From Scyliorhinus canicula (Eukaryota): a stretch of DNA of 64,000 nucleotides. The translations under genes were made by a program, and so were the position numbers. The notes under the pieces were generated by a model. The model did no database searches. It was not told the DNA's origin and saw only the letters and a program-made list of their open reading frames with translations. Location of the stretch: assembly GCF_902713615.1 (NCBI RefSeq), contig NC_052166.1:18227731-18291730 (forward strand), written 5' to 3'. Below, one piece after another: positions 47,465 to 60,851 of the stretch (position 1 is its first letter; each line of letters opens with the position of its first letter).

Positions 47465-47950
47465 TAATCGTGTTATTGTCATCCAACTTGCTGACAAGGG
47501 TGGTGCTGTTCTTGTCTGGCCTACTGACTACCCTGCAGAGGCCGAGCGCCAACTCCCAGACACTTCTTCTTACCTCCCCTTGGAACCCACCGCTCAACAT
47601 CAAGCCATTGTTTCCAGGACTGTCACTGACCTCATCTCCTCTTGAGGTCTTCCCTCCGCAGCCTCCAACTTCATGATACTCAACCTCGCACAGAATGCTT
47701 CTACCACCTCCCCAAAGTCCACAAACGGGGCTGTCCAGCTAGACATATTGTATCAACCTGCTCCTCTCCACTGAACTCCCCTCCCCGCTCTTCCCCACTC
47801 AACTGATTTCTTCCGAATTTTACTCTATTTTTCAATCGCTTGTCCAGTAATGTCCCACCCACTAACTCTTCTGATGCCTTACATAATTTCAACAATTTCC
47901 AGTTTCTTGCCCTAACCGCCTTCTCTTCACTACAGATGTCCAATCCTTCG
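47465..47950 (+). mobile_element. Penelope-like RT fragment, decayed
   Basis: gtcatccaacttgctgacaagggtggtgctgtt (VI..ADKGGAV), FYHLPKVHKRGCPARHIVS, FTTDVQS. Confidence 0.7.
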
Positions 47951-49259
47951 ACAATTTTTATTGCCACTTGCCCTCCATTGCACAAACCTGCCTTTGTCCT
48001 TTTGAAATACACTGTCCTCCGTACAGTTCACAATACAGTGAATCCTCAACATGACGGCATCCCTGAAAATCATGACTTTAAGTGAAGTGACTGCGTATCA
48101 TAGAATTCAGCCCATTGAGTCTGTACCAACCCTCTGAAATAGCACTTCACCCAAGCCCCCCCCCCCCCCCCCCCCCAATCCCACTAACCCTTAGCCTAAC
48201 TTAACTTAACCCCCGGTATCTATGTATTTACATTACGGACCTTGTGTTGCCCTTTTATGTATTTTCTTTTTCTTTTAATTTCTTTTAATGTACTAAATGT
48301 TTGAGCTGCTTGCAGAAAAATGCTTTTCATTGTACCTCGGTACACGTGACAATAAACAAATCCATTCACTACCAAGTGCATCCTGGGTTCCCATCAGAAT
48401 CAATGTTTAAACCGGAGTTAGGTTCCTACGGACATCTTTTGCCCAGAAAAAGCAATGTACGGGGAGGCACGATGGTTAGCACTGCTACCTCAGCACCAGG
48501 GACCGGAGTTCGATTCCGACCTCGGGTGACTGTGTGGAGTTTGCGTATTCTCCATGTGTCTGTGTGGGTTTCATCCGGATGCTCCGGTTTCCTCCCACAG
48601 TCCAAAGATGTGCAGGGTTAGGTGAACTGGCCATGTTAAATTGTCCCTTAGTGTCCAAAGATGTGTAGGTAAGGTTGGTTATTGGGATAGGTTATTGGGA
48701 GTGGGCTTGAGTGGAGTGCTATTTCAGAGGGCCAGTGCAGACTCGATGGGCCGAAAGGCTTTCTTCTGCACTGTAGGGATTTTATGATTCCATGATACCA
48801 GTTGAAATATTGTACCGTTCATGTGTAGTCTCTGTGCATTGCAAGCTAAAATGGCTTGCAGAATAAAACAAACCATTAAATATAAAATAACAGTAAGTTA
48901 ATTCAGGACATTTCTCAGCAGAATTTTTTTTTAAACACCAGAAGTTTGGTTACAGCATTTAAGAGGCATTTAGGCATGCACTTGTGATGCCCAGGCATAC
49001 AAGGCTATGGGCCAAATGCTGCAAAATGGGATTAGAATAGTTCGATGGTTGTTCTTGACTAGCGCAGACGTGATGGGCCGAAGGGCCTTTTCTGTGCTGT
49101 GGACCTCTTTGACTCTAAGTTCAAATGCTGTACATTCCTATATGCCTCCATTCAGAAATTAAATAAGCTTTAAATAATATAAATTTAAAAATATATCAAA
49201 AACACAATATACGTGAAAATACTACAAATAAATGTTTAAATAAATTGCCCGCACCAAAA

Positions 49260-51350
49260 ATAGCAACTGTAATCCTTTATTCAGAAAGGGAGACAGAGAG
49301 CAGAAAACTACAGGCAAGTTAGCCTAACATTTGTCATAGGGAAATTGTAATGAGGTATTATTAAAGATGTTATAATAGGTGACTTAGAAAAGTTTAAGGC
49401 AATCGGGCAAAAGTTTAAGGCAATCGGGCAAAGTCAACATGGTTTTGTGAAAGGGAAATCATGTTTGGCCAAATTTCACAGGAGTAGGAATGTCTTGCTG
49501 CAGTTATACAGGTCCTTGGTGAGGTCACACCTTGAATATTGTGTACAGTTGTGGTCTCCTAATTTGAAGAAAGACAGTCTTGCTGTTGAGGGTGTCCAGC
49601 GAAGGTTCACCAGACTAATTCCTAAGATGGCAGGACTGACAAATGAAGAAAGACTGGATCGACTGGGCTTCTCCTCACTGGAGTTTAGAAGAATGAGAGG
49701 GGATCTCATAGAAACATATAAAGTCTTGATGGGACTGAACAGGCTAGATGCAGGTAGAATGTTCCTGATGTTGGCGACATCCAGAACTAAGGGTCACAGC
49801 CTAAGAATAAGGGATAAGCTATTCGGGACTGAGATGAGGAAGAATGTCTCCTCTCAGAGAGTTGTGAACGTGTGGAGTTCTCTACCACAAAAAGCTGTCG
49901 TGGCCAGTTCGTTGGATATATTCAAGAGGGAGCTGGACATGGCCCTTGCAACTAAAGGGACCAAGGGGTATCTATCTTTTTATTGTCACAAGTAGGCTTA
50001 CATTAACACGGCAATGAAGTTACTGTGAAATGCCCCTAGTCGCCACATTCCGGAGCCTGTTCGTGTACACAGAGGGAGAATTCTGAATTCTCAACCGGTA
50101 CGGGAATTGAACCCACACTGCTAGCCTTGTTCTGCATCACAAACCAGCTGCCTTGCCCACTGAGAGGAAATGGGAGAGGATACTAAATTTGCATGATCAG
50201 CCATGATCATATTGAATGGTGGTGCAGATCGAAGGACCAAATGGCCAACTCCTGCACCTATTTTCTATGTTTCTTTGAAGGAGAACTGGTGGATATACTG
50301 TACTTAGGTTTCTAGAAGATATTCAATGAGGCAACACATCAAAGTTTATTGCGGAAAGTTAAGTCTCATGGTGTCAAGTGTAACATATCGGCCTGGATAG
50401 AAGATCAACTAGTTAACAGGAAACAGGGTATCCAAAATGGGTCATTTTCTGGTTGGTGGGATGTAACAGGCTATCCTATCTCAACAAATCACCTTCACCC
50501 TGCCCACCAGGCTTGTAAAATTCAATTTAGGAAACTGGGCCCAGTCCCAAGCTACTTGCACCCTCAAGTGAGGGGCACACGGTCGCGCAGTTGCTTCACA
50601 GCTCCAGGGTCCCAGGTTCGATTCCCGGCTTGGGTCACTGTCTGCGCGTAGTCTGCAGGTTCTCCCGTGTCTGAGTGGGTTTCCTCTGGGTGCTCTGGTT
50701 TCCTCCCACAGTCCAAAGATGTGCAGGTTAGGTGGATTGGCCATGTTAAATTGCCCTTAGTGTCCAAAAAGGTTACGTGGGGTTACTGAGTTACGGGGAT
50801 AGAGTGGGGGTGTGGCCTTGGTTAGGGTGCTCTTTCCAAGGGCCTGTGCAGACTCGGTGGGCCAAATGGACTCCTTCTACACTGTAAATTCTATGATTCT
50901 ATGTTCAGGGTCGGTGAATTGGCCACGCTAAATTGCCCCCGAATTGGAAAAAAAGAATTGGGTACTCTAAATTAGGTTAGGTTTGTATCTACAGGAGTTT
51001 AGATGTCAGAGGCGACTTGATTGAAATCTTAAAGATCTGAGGGGTATTGACAGGGTGGATGTGGAGAGGATGTTTCGTCTTGTGGGAGAATTTAGAACCA
51101 GGAGGTCACTGTTTTAAAATAAGGAGTCGCTCATTTAAAATAGAGATGGAATATTTTCTCCCAGAGGGTGATGAGTCTCTAGAACTTTCTTCCTCAAAAG
51201 GCGGTGGAAGCAGAGTCCTTGAATATTGTTAAGGCCTGATTAGGCCAGAGCCTGATAGGTTCTTGATTTACAAGTGGGTGAAAGGTTATCGGAGTTGGCA
51301 GGAGTCTGGAGTGGAGTTTATAGTCAGATCAGACATGATCTCATTGAATG
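49260..51350 (+). mobile_element. Nested CR1 fragments with inserted SINEs
   Basis: ENYRQVSLT, SQHGFVKGKSCL, ORF 49447..49995 (RSHLEYCVQLWSP..VQRRFTRLIP), second 3' piece at 50970-51350. Confidence 0.85.
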
Positions 51351-51354
51351 GAAG

Positions 51355-54050
51355 ATGATGAGACAGGCATCCATTTCGCCATTGCTAAAAAAGGATAATG
51401 ACCCGGTGGAGTGTGGGTTGTACAGGCCAATACCTCTGCTAAATGTGGATGCCAAGGTTCTTGCCAACGTGTTGCTTAGGCTGGAAGAGTGCCTTCCGCA
51501 GGTGATTGGGGAAGATCAGAAGGGATTCGTAAAGGAAAGGCAGTTGTCACTAAACGTGCAGCATTTGGTAAACGTGGTGCTCTCTCCGTCAGAAGGGAGG
51601 GAACTGGAGGTGGTGGCGGCGCTGGACGGGAGAGGCATTTGACCGCGTAGAGTGGAGTTACTTGTTTGTGGTGTTGGAAAAGTTTGGGATTTGGCCTAAG
51701 TTTGTGGCATGGGTTAAATTATTATATAGGGAATCAAAGGCGCGTGTGCGTACGAATGAGGTGAATTTGGGGTATTTTCAGTTACATAGGGGAACACAGC
51801 AGGGGTGTCCCATGCCCCCCCCCCCCCCTCCTGGCGATAGAGCCCTTGGCCATAGAGCTGAGGTGCTCGGATAAGTGAAAGGGGATAGTGAGGGGTGGGA
51901 GTGGGGTTGGAATTTCTCACAATGATTTCTTGTTGTACATCTCCAACACGGGTCCCAAGGTGGGGGATATAGTGGGGCTGCTCAGGCGATTCGGGGCTCT
52001 TTCAGGCTATAAGCTGAATCTGGAAAAAAGTGAATATTGTTTGGTGTCTTCTCCAGAGGCGGGAATTGGCTTGCGGAGGGGGGGGGGGGGGCATTTCTGG
52101 TGGCGACTACCCACTTTAGGTATTTGAATAATAGATTGTACAGTGCAGATGAGGCCATTCGGCCTATTGATTCTGCATCGCCCCTTGGAAAGAGCACCCC
52201 ACTTAAGCACTCACTTCCAACCTATCCACGTAACCCAATAACCCCACCTAACCTTTTTTGGACACTAATGGCAATTTAGCATGGCCAATCCACCTAAACC
52301 GCACATCTTTGGACAGTGGGAGGAAACCGGAGCACCCGGAGGAAACTCACTCAGACACGGGGAGAACGTGCAGACTCTGCACAGATAGTGACCCAAGCCG
52401 GGAATCAAACCTGGGACCCTGGAGCTCTGAAGCAACTGCGCTACCGTGCTGCCCCGCACTTGGGGGTGCAGGTAGCTTGGGGCAGGGCCCGGTTTCGTAA
52501 ATTGAATTTTACAAGCCTGGTGGGCAGAATCAAGGCGGATTTGTTGAGATAGGACAGCCTTCCCCTGTCATTGGCAGGGTGGGTGCAGGCAGTACAGATG
52601 AATAACTTGCCACGGTGTTTATTCTTATTTCAGTGCAGACTGGTCTTTATACCTAAATGATCTTTTATGGGTGTAGAACGGTTGATTTTGTTGTTTGTTT
52701 CGGCAGGTAACGTTGCAAGGATTCGGAAGACAGTGCTTCAGAGAGCGCGGCAGTCAAGGGGTCTAGCTCTTCCGAACCTGCTGTATTATAATTGGGCGCC
52801 TAATGCAGAGAATGTGCGTGTTCGGAGCAGGGAGCTGGACGCTGGACGCTATGTGGGTGAGGATGGAAGCAGGCTGATAAGATAAGAACAGTACAGCACA
52901 GAACAGGCCCTTCGGCCCTCGATGTTGTGCCGAGCAATGATCACCCTACTTAAACCCACGTAACCCGTATACCCGTAACCCAACAATCCCCCGCATTAAC
53001 CTTACACTACGGGCAATTTAGCATGGCCAATCTACCTAACCCGCACATCTTTGGACTGTGGGAGGAAACCGGAGCACCCGGAGGAAACCCACGCACACAC
53101 GGGGAGGACGTGCAGACTCCACACAGACAGTGACCCAGCCGGGAATCGAACCTGGGACCCTGGAGCTGTGAAGCATTGATGCTAACCACCATGCTACCGT
53201 GAGGCTCTTGTGGGGGTACAGGGCTGCGGGTGCTGACAATGGTATCACTCCCGTTAACCCCAGGAAAATATTTGGAGGGTCCAGTGGTTGTGGCCGCATT
53301 GAAGATATGGAGGCAATTTTGAAAGCATTTTAGGTTGGGGGGTCAAAGTTGATGCTAATCTGAGGGAATCCAAGTGTTAGAGCGGCGAGATTGGATTCTA
53401 GGTTTCAGGGGGTGTTGGAAATTAAAGACTTATTTCTAGAAGGGTGATTCGCGCGGTTGGAAGAGTTGATGGAGAAGTGTAGGGTTCCATGAGGGGAGGC
53501 CTTTAGGTATGTGCAGCCGCAGGATTTTGTGAAGAAGATTTTCCCGACTTTTCCGGTGGCACTGCCCTCCTCGTTGTTGGAGGGGGTGCTATCGGTGATT
53601 GGAGGATCTGGCAGTAGATAGGGCATTGTTGGAGGGGGTTAAGGCAAAGTGAGAGGAGGAGCTGGGATGGCGCTGGAGGAAGGACTGTGGTGTGAAGTGT
53701 TGCGGAGGGTGAATGACTCAACCTTGTGAGTGAGGCTGGAGTTGATACAGCTAAACATGGTACACAAGATGCACCTGACCAAGTCGAGGATGAGCCGGTT
53801 ATTTGTGGAAGGGGCCGGCCAATTATGTACACACATTCTGGTCCTGCCCAAAGTTGGAGGCATTTTGGAGGTCATTTTTCAGCACCATGTCGGGGGTCCT
53901 GCATGTAGACTTGGAACCCAGTCCCATGGAAACCATATTCAGGGTGTCGAACTTGCCGGAGCTGCAGACAGGAGCGGGGGCACTGAATTCAGACTGCATT
54001 CTGAGAGGGCCGAGGGGTCTGTCCCTGTGCTGTACTTTGCTTTGTATTGT
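51355..54050 (+). mobile_element. Heavily decayed L1 ORF2 (RT to C-terminus) with two SINE insertions
   Basis: QASISPLLKKDNDPVECGLYRPIPLLNVDAKVLA, EDQKGFVKERQ, HRGTQQGCP, FGALSGYKLNLEKSE, GLALPNLLYY, ANYVHTFWSCPKL. Confidence 0.85.
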
Positions 54051-54118
54051 TGTACCTGCTCTCCTTTCAGATCTCTCTCAGTATAATCAACAACTTATTT
54101 AGATTTTGAAACACCCAC

Positions 54119-54290
54119 CTGATAATAAGCAGATGTTACATCCTGACAGTATCCAGTAGGGGGTCCCCCTATTAAGTATTCCAGGTACTTCTTCCCAAAC
54201 ACCAATGCTTTCTGGTACTGATGAATAATCCAATATGCCTTGGTCAGGTTCAGGTACACAGACACCTCTCTCTCAGAGCTCCAAAATTCC
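54119..54290 (-). CDS. TPR-CHAT gene exon: (R)EFWSSEREVSVYLNLTKAYWIIHQYQKALVFGKKYLEYL...SAYYQ
   Basis: Acceptor gtgatttgctgcAG, donor GTgggt, 172 nt, phase 2 to 0, TPR-like. Confidence 0.8.
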
Positions 54291-54894
54291 CTGCAGCAAA
54301 TCACAACAGCACTGAAGTAAACATCACTTTGGGTTGTTACAGAATCCATTCAGCTTTGGAGAAAGGCACATCTCAAAGGGAAGCAACAGGCGATGACCAA
54401 GACGATATTATTTTAGTCATACACCGGTGAATCAGGAGGTGATCTTCACTTTCCTTCAGAGATGTTCGGTCACTCCACTGAAAATACCCAATACTCGAGA
54501 ACACATCTATCATGTACAGCACCGCCAGGCAAGTTGATACCTTTACCCAGCGTTGGAACAGACTGTCTCAGATAGAAGTAATCGTCATGTACAGCACAGA
54601 AGGAGGCTGCTCAGTGCACTGTGCCTGTTTTGGTGAAAATGAGCTCTCCAGCCCAATTCGTGATGGTCTCTGTTGTGAGTTATATTCTGGGATAAGAATG
54701 TACACTTTTGGTTTCAGTTTCAAGTGAATTGGGGTATAATTTGTTTGGTTTAGTATGCACGTGTCTGCTCACAAACCATACTTGAATTTTTGACCCACCT
54801 GGGAGGCTTTTAGAAGCAAGAGAGTATAATCTGGTGTTCTTTGGGACTGTCATCATGTTTGTGGCAACACTGCATGCCACATTAATGGGAGCAG

Positions 54895-57800
54895 TGCAGA
54901 ATCAGGAGCACTGTGGTTTCAGCAGCACAGTGAACTCTGGTATCAGGGGCAGTGTCCAGTGCAGTATAAGGATAACTGCACACTGCAGTATCAGAAGCAC
55001 TGGAAACTGCAGTATCAGGAGCACTGTACACTGCGGTATCAGAAGCACTGTACACTGCGGTATCAGGAGCACTGTACACTGCGGTATCAGAAGCACTGTA
55101 CACTGTGGTATCAGGAGCACTGTACACTGCGGTATCAGAAGCACTGTACACTGCGGTATCAGGAGCACTGTACACTGCGGTATCAGAAACACTGCACACT
55201 GCGGTATCAGGAGCACTGTACACTGCGGTATCAGAAACATTGCACACTGCGGTATCAGGAGAACTGTACACTGCGGTATCAGGAGCACTGTACACTGCGG
55301 TATCAGGAGCACTGTACACTGCGTATCAGGAGCACTGTACACTGCGGTATCGGCAGCACTGTACACTGCCATATCAGGAATACTGTACACAACGGTATCA
55401 GAAACACTGTACACTGCGGTATCAGGAATACTGTACACTGCCATATCAAGAGCACTGTACACTGCCATATCAGGAGCACTGTACACTGCCATATCAGGAA
55501 TACTGTACACTGCGGTATCAGAAACACTGTACACTGCGGTATCAGGAGCACTGTACACTGCGGTATCAGGAGCACTGTACATTACGGTGTCAGGAGCACT
55601 GTCCACTGCGGTATCAGGAGCACTGCACACTGCGGTATCAGGAGCACTGTACACTGCGGTATCAGGAGCACTGTACACTGCGGTATCAGGAGCACTGTAC
55701 ACTGCGGTATCAGAAACATTGCACACTGCGGTATCAGGAGCACTGTCCATTGCGGTATCAGGAGCACTGTACACTGCGGTATCAGGAGCTTTGTACACTG
55801 CGGTATCAGGAGCACTGCACACTGCGGTATCAGGAGCACTGTACACTGCGGTATCAGGAGCACTGTACACTGCGGTATCAGGAGCACTGTACACTGCGGT
55901 ATCAGGAGCACTGTACACTGCGGTATCAGGAGCACTGTACACTGCGGTATCAGGAGCACTGTACACTGCGGTATCAGGAGCACTCTACACTGTGGTATCA
56001 GGAGCACTGTACATTACAGTGTCAGGAGCACTGTACGCTGCGGTATCAGGAGCACTGTACATTAAGGTGTCAGGAGCACTGTACACTGCGGTATCAGGAG
56101 CACTGCACACTGTGGTATCAGGAGCACTGTACACTGCGGTATCAGGAGCACTGTACACTGCGGTATCAGGAGCACTGTACACTGCGGTATCAGGAGCACT
56201 GTACACTGTGGTATCAGAAACACTGGAAACTGTAGTATCAGAAACACTGGAAACTGTAGTATCAGGAGCACTGTACACTGTGGTATCAGAAACACTGTAC
56301 ACTGCGGTATCAGAAACACTATACACTGTGGTATTAGAAACACTGGAAACTGTAGTATCAGAAACACTGGAAACTGTAGTATCAGAAACACTGTACACTG
56401 CGGTATCAGGAGCTCTGCGCACTGCGGTATCAGGAGCACTGTACACTGCGGTATCAGGAGCTCTGCGCACTGCGGTATCAGGAGCACTGTACATTGCGGT
56501 ATCAGGGGTACTGTACACTGCGGTATCAGAAACACTGGAAACTGTAGTATCAGAAACACTGGAAACTGTAGTATCAGGAGCACTGTACACTGTGGTATCA
56601 GAAACACTGTACACTGCGGTATCAGAAACACTATACACTGTGGTATTAGAAACACTGGAAACTGTAGTATCAGAAACACTGGAAACTGTAGTATCAGAAA
56701 CACTGTACACTGCGGTATCAGGAGCTCTGCGCACTGCGGTATCAGGAGCACTGTACATTACGGTATCAGGAGCACACTGTACACTGCAGTATCAGAAACA
56801 CTGTACACTGTGGTATCAGGAGCACTGTACACTGCAGTATCAGGAGCACTGTACACTGCGGTATCAGGAGCACTGTACACTGCGGTATCAGGAGCACTGT
56901 ACACTGCGTATCAGGAGCACTGTACACTGTGGTATCAGGAGCACTGTACACTGCGGTATCGGCAGCACTGTAACACTGCGGTATCAGGAACATTGTACAC
57001 TGAGGTATCAGGAGCACTGTACACTGCGGTATCAGAAACACTGTACACTGCGGTATCAGGAGCACTGTACACTGCCATATCAGGAATACTGTACACTACG
57101 GTATCAGAAACACTGTACACTGCAGTATTAGGAGCACTGTACACTGCGGTATCAGGAATACTGTACACTGCCATATCAGGAGCACTGTACACTGCCATAT
57201 CAGGAATACTGTACACTGCGGTATCAGAAACACTGTACACTGCGGTATCAGGAGCACTGTACACTGCAGTATCAGGAGCACTGCACACTGCGGTATCAGG
57301 AGCACTGTACACTGCGGTATCAGGAGCACTGTACACTGCGGTATCAGGAGTACTGTACACTGCGATATCAGAAACACTGTACACTGTGGTATCAGAAACA
57401 CTGGAAACTGTAGTATCAGGAGCTCTGCGCACTGCGGTATCAGAAACACTGCACACTGCGGTATCAGGAGCACTGTACACTGCGTATCAGGAGCACTGTA
57501 CACTGTGGTATCAGGAGCACTGTACACTGCGGTATCGGCAGCACTGTAACACTGCGGTATCAGGAACATTGTACACTGAGGTATCAGGAGCACTATACAC
57601 TGTGGTATCAGAAACACTGGAAACTGTAGTATCAGAAACACTGGAAACTGTAGTATCAGGAGCACTGTACACTGCGGTATCAAAGAACAAAGAACAAAGA
57701 AAAGTACAGCACAGGAGGAGCACTGTACACTGCGGTATCAGAAACACTGGAAACTGTAGTATCAGGAGCACTGTACACTGCGGTATCAGAAACATTGTAC

Positions 57801-59664
57801 TCTGCGGTATCAGGAGCACTGTACACTGCAGTATCAGAAACACTGTACACTGCGGTATCAGGAGCACTGTACACTGCGGTATCAGGAGCACTGTACACTG
57901 CGGTATCAGGAGCACTGTACACTGTGGTATCAGAAACACTGTACACTGCGGTATCAGAAACACTGTACACTGCGGTATCAGGAGCACTGTACACTGCGGT
58001 ATCAGAAACATGTACATCGCGGTATCAGGAGCACTGTAGACTGCAGTATCAGGAGCACTGCACACTGTGGTTTCAAGGGCACTGCTCACTGCGGTATCAG
58101 GAGCACACTGTACACTGCGGTATCAGGAGCACACTGTACACTGCGGTATCAGAAGCACTGTACACTGCGGTATCAGGAGCACACTGTACACTGCGGTATC
58201 AGGAGCTCTGCGCACTGCGGTATCAGGAGCACTGTACACTGCGGTATCAGGAGCACTGTACACTGCGGTATCAGGAGCACTGTACACTGCGGTATCAGGA
58301 GCACTGTACACTGCGGTATCAGGAGCACTGTACACTGCGTATCAGGAGCACACTGTACACTGCAGTATCAGGAGCACTGTACACTGTGGTATCAGGAGCA
58401 CTGCATACTGCGGTATCAGGAGCTCTGCGCACTGCGGTATCAGGAGCACTGTACACTGCGGTATCAGGAGCTCTGTGCACTGTGGTATCAGGAGCACACT
58501 GTACACTGCGGTATCAGGAGCACTGTACACTGCGGTATCAGGAGCACTGTACACTGCGGTATCAGGAGCACACTGTACACTGCGGTATCAGGAGCACTGT
58601 ACACTGCGGTATCAGGAGCACTGTACACTGCGGTATCAGGAGCACTGTACACTGCGGTATCAGGAGCACACTGTACACTGCGGTATCAGGAGCACTGTAC
58701 ACTGCGGTATCAGGAGCACTGTACACTGCGGTATCAGGAGTACTGTACACTGCGGTATCAGGAGCACTGTACACTGCAGTATCAGGAGCACTGTACACTG
58801 CGGTATCAGGAGCACTGTACACTGCGGTATCAGGAATACTGTACACTGCAGTATCAGGAGCACTGTACACTGCGGTATCAGGAGCACTGTACACAGCGGT
58901 ATCAGGAGCACTGTACACTGCGGTATCAGGAGCACTGTACACTGCGGTATCAGGAGCACTGTACACTGCGGTATCAGGAGCACTGTACACTGCGGTATCA
59001 GGAGCATTGTACACTGCGGTATCAGGAGTTCTGCGCACTGCGGTATCAGGAGCACTGTACACTGTGGTATCAGGAGCATTGTACACTGCGGTATCAGGAG
59101 TTCTGCGCACTGCGGTATCAGGAGCACTGTACACTGTGGTATCAGGAGCACTGCACACTGCGGTATCAGGAACACTGTACACTGAGGTATCAGGAGCACT
59201 GTACACTGCGGTATCAGGAACACTGCGATATCAGGAGCACTGCACACTGCGGTATCAGGGGCTCTGCGCACTGCGGTATCAGGAGCTCTGCGCACTGTGG
59301 TATCAGGAGCACTGTACACTGTGGTATCAGGAGCACTGCACACTGCGGTATCAGGAGCTCTGCGCACTGCGGTATCAGGAGCTCTGCGCACTGCGGTATC
59401 AGGAGCACTGTACACTGCGGTATCAGGAACACTGCGGTATTCGGAGCACTGCACACTGCGGTATCAGGAGCACTGCACACTGCGGTATCAGGAGCATTGT
59501 ACACTGCGGTATCAGGAACACTGTGGTATCAGGAGCACTGTACACTGCGGTATCAGGAGCACTGTACACTGCGGTATCAGGAGCACTGCACACTGCGGTA
59601 TCAGGAGCACTGTACACTGTGGTATCAGAAACACTGTACACTGTGGTATCAGAAACACTGCACA
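54895..59664. repeat. 24-bp minisatellite (actgcggtatcaggagcactgtac), about 195 copies, CpG-containing
   Basis: Directly visible; interrupted at 57683-57716. Confidence 0.98.
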
Positions 59665-60352
59665 CGACTTCTGGTTGCTGCTATGCGGAGCTAAGCCGCA
59701 TGTTCGGCAGCTCCCACCAGTTTTGGGCTCTTTTTAGGGCCCCCAGCGGTACTTTTTCGACGTTTCCCGACGTGGGAAGGAGTCAGCAGCATTTCCCCAG
59801 CAGTATATGGCCTGGACCAGGAGTGGAGCGAGTAAGAAAGTGGTTGCAGCGCCAAAGCAGAAGCGAGGGAAGAAGCACAAGATGGCGGCGTGCAGAGACC
59901 AGGAGGCATGGAGGCAGTGGGCGCAGGAGCAGCAGGAGACTCTCCAGCGCTGCTTCAGGGAGTTTAAAGCGGACCTACTGGAGCCGTTGAAGGCTTCAAT
60001 TGACAAGCTGCTGGAGACCCAGACGGCCCAGGGGTAGCGATCCGAGAGATCCGACAAAAGGCCTCTGAAAGAGAGGGCGAGACCTTAGGTTTCGCAGTGA
60101 AGGTGGAGATGCACGAGGTGCTCCATAAAAAATTGCAGGAGAGGTTCGAGGAGATGGAGAACCGGTCGAGGCCGAAAAATCTGTGGATCCTGGGCCTGTC
60201 GGAAGGGCTGGAGGGGTCAGACATGGGGGCCTATGTGGTCATCATGCTAAATTCGCTGATGGGAGCTGGGTCCTTTCAGGGGCCCCTGGAGCTGGAGGGG
60301 GCCCACAGAATATTGGGAAGAAGACCCAAGCTGAATGAGCCGCCACGGGCAG
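59665..60352 (+). mobile_element. L1-clade 5'UTR and ORF1 N-terminal half (3'-truncated)
   Basis: aagatggcggcg start context, coiled-coil ORF1 with an internal stop, EEMENRSRPKNLWILGLSEGLEG and LELEGAHR (L1 ORF1 ENRSRR.NLRI.GLPE / ERAHR motifs). Confidence 0.85.
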
Positions 60353-60699
60353 TGTGGTGAATGTCATTCACACTACATATAGTTGCCAATATCACTCCAT
60401 GTATATATGTTCGTTATCTACCCATTGTAAGTGCAGTTGCACTATCCGACCATATTGTGTCAATGGGAACAGCACACGTTTTGGGGGTAACTATACTAGT
60501 CAGTGTGTAGCAGTCTTGGTACTCTGCAATATTTGTCCCAAAGCTCTGTGGCAGTGAATCTAAATGATTCATAAGAACACTTTGTTCGGAGTCTCCTCCA
60601 ATCATAGCCTATTTGTATAATTAGTTCACAGCAAGATGGGCAAAAACATTTTGGATGATGGTGCAGAGTTCATTCTATCCATTTCAAACTTTCGTGTAC

Positions 60700-60851
60700 C
60701 TGATGGATGACAACTGCCTCTCATATCCGGAGTGGTGGTCCCGGGATTCCTGGTCGCTCTGTTCCAAGATTGCTAGAAGCTGGAGGTAGTACCGGATGGC
60801 TTCTTCTGGCCGGCCAGCTATCATATGTGCTTCAGCCAGACCTGCACAGCT
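60700..60851 (-). CDS. TPR-CHAT (TTC28-like) gene, first exon found in window: SCAGLAEAHMIAGRPEEAIRYYLQLLAILEQSDQESRDHHSGYERQLSSI
   Basis: Acceptor gggttgtgtttcAG, donor GTacac, open frame with a TPR-like helix pair. Ends in phase 2, matching the next exon. Confidence 0.75.

Noticed and set aside
48180-48215. Telomere-like ctaaccc/cctaac run
   Set aside because: It is too short and degenerate to call an interstitial telomeric repeat.
54834-59990. Long AVSGALYT / CGIRSTVH ORFs, one running into the L1 5' end
   Set aside because: These come from the 24-bp minisatellite with scattered frameshifts, and the apparent fusion is read-through.
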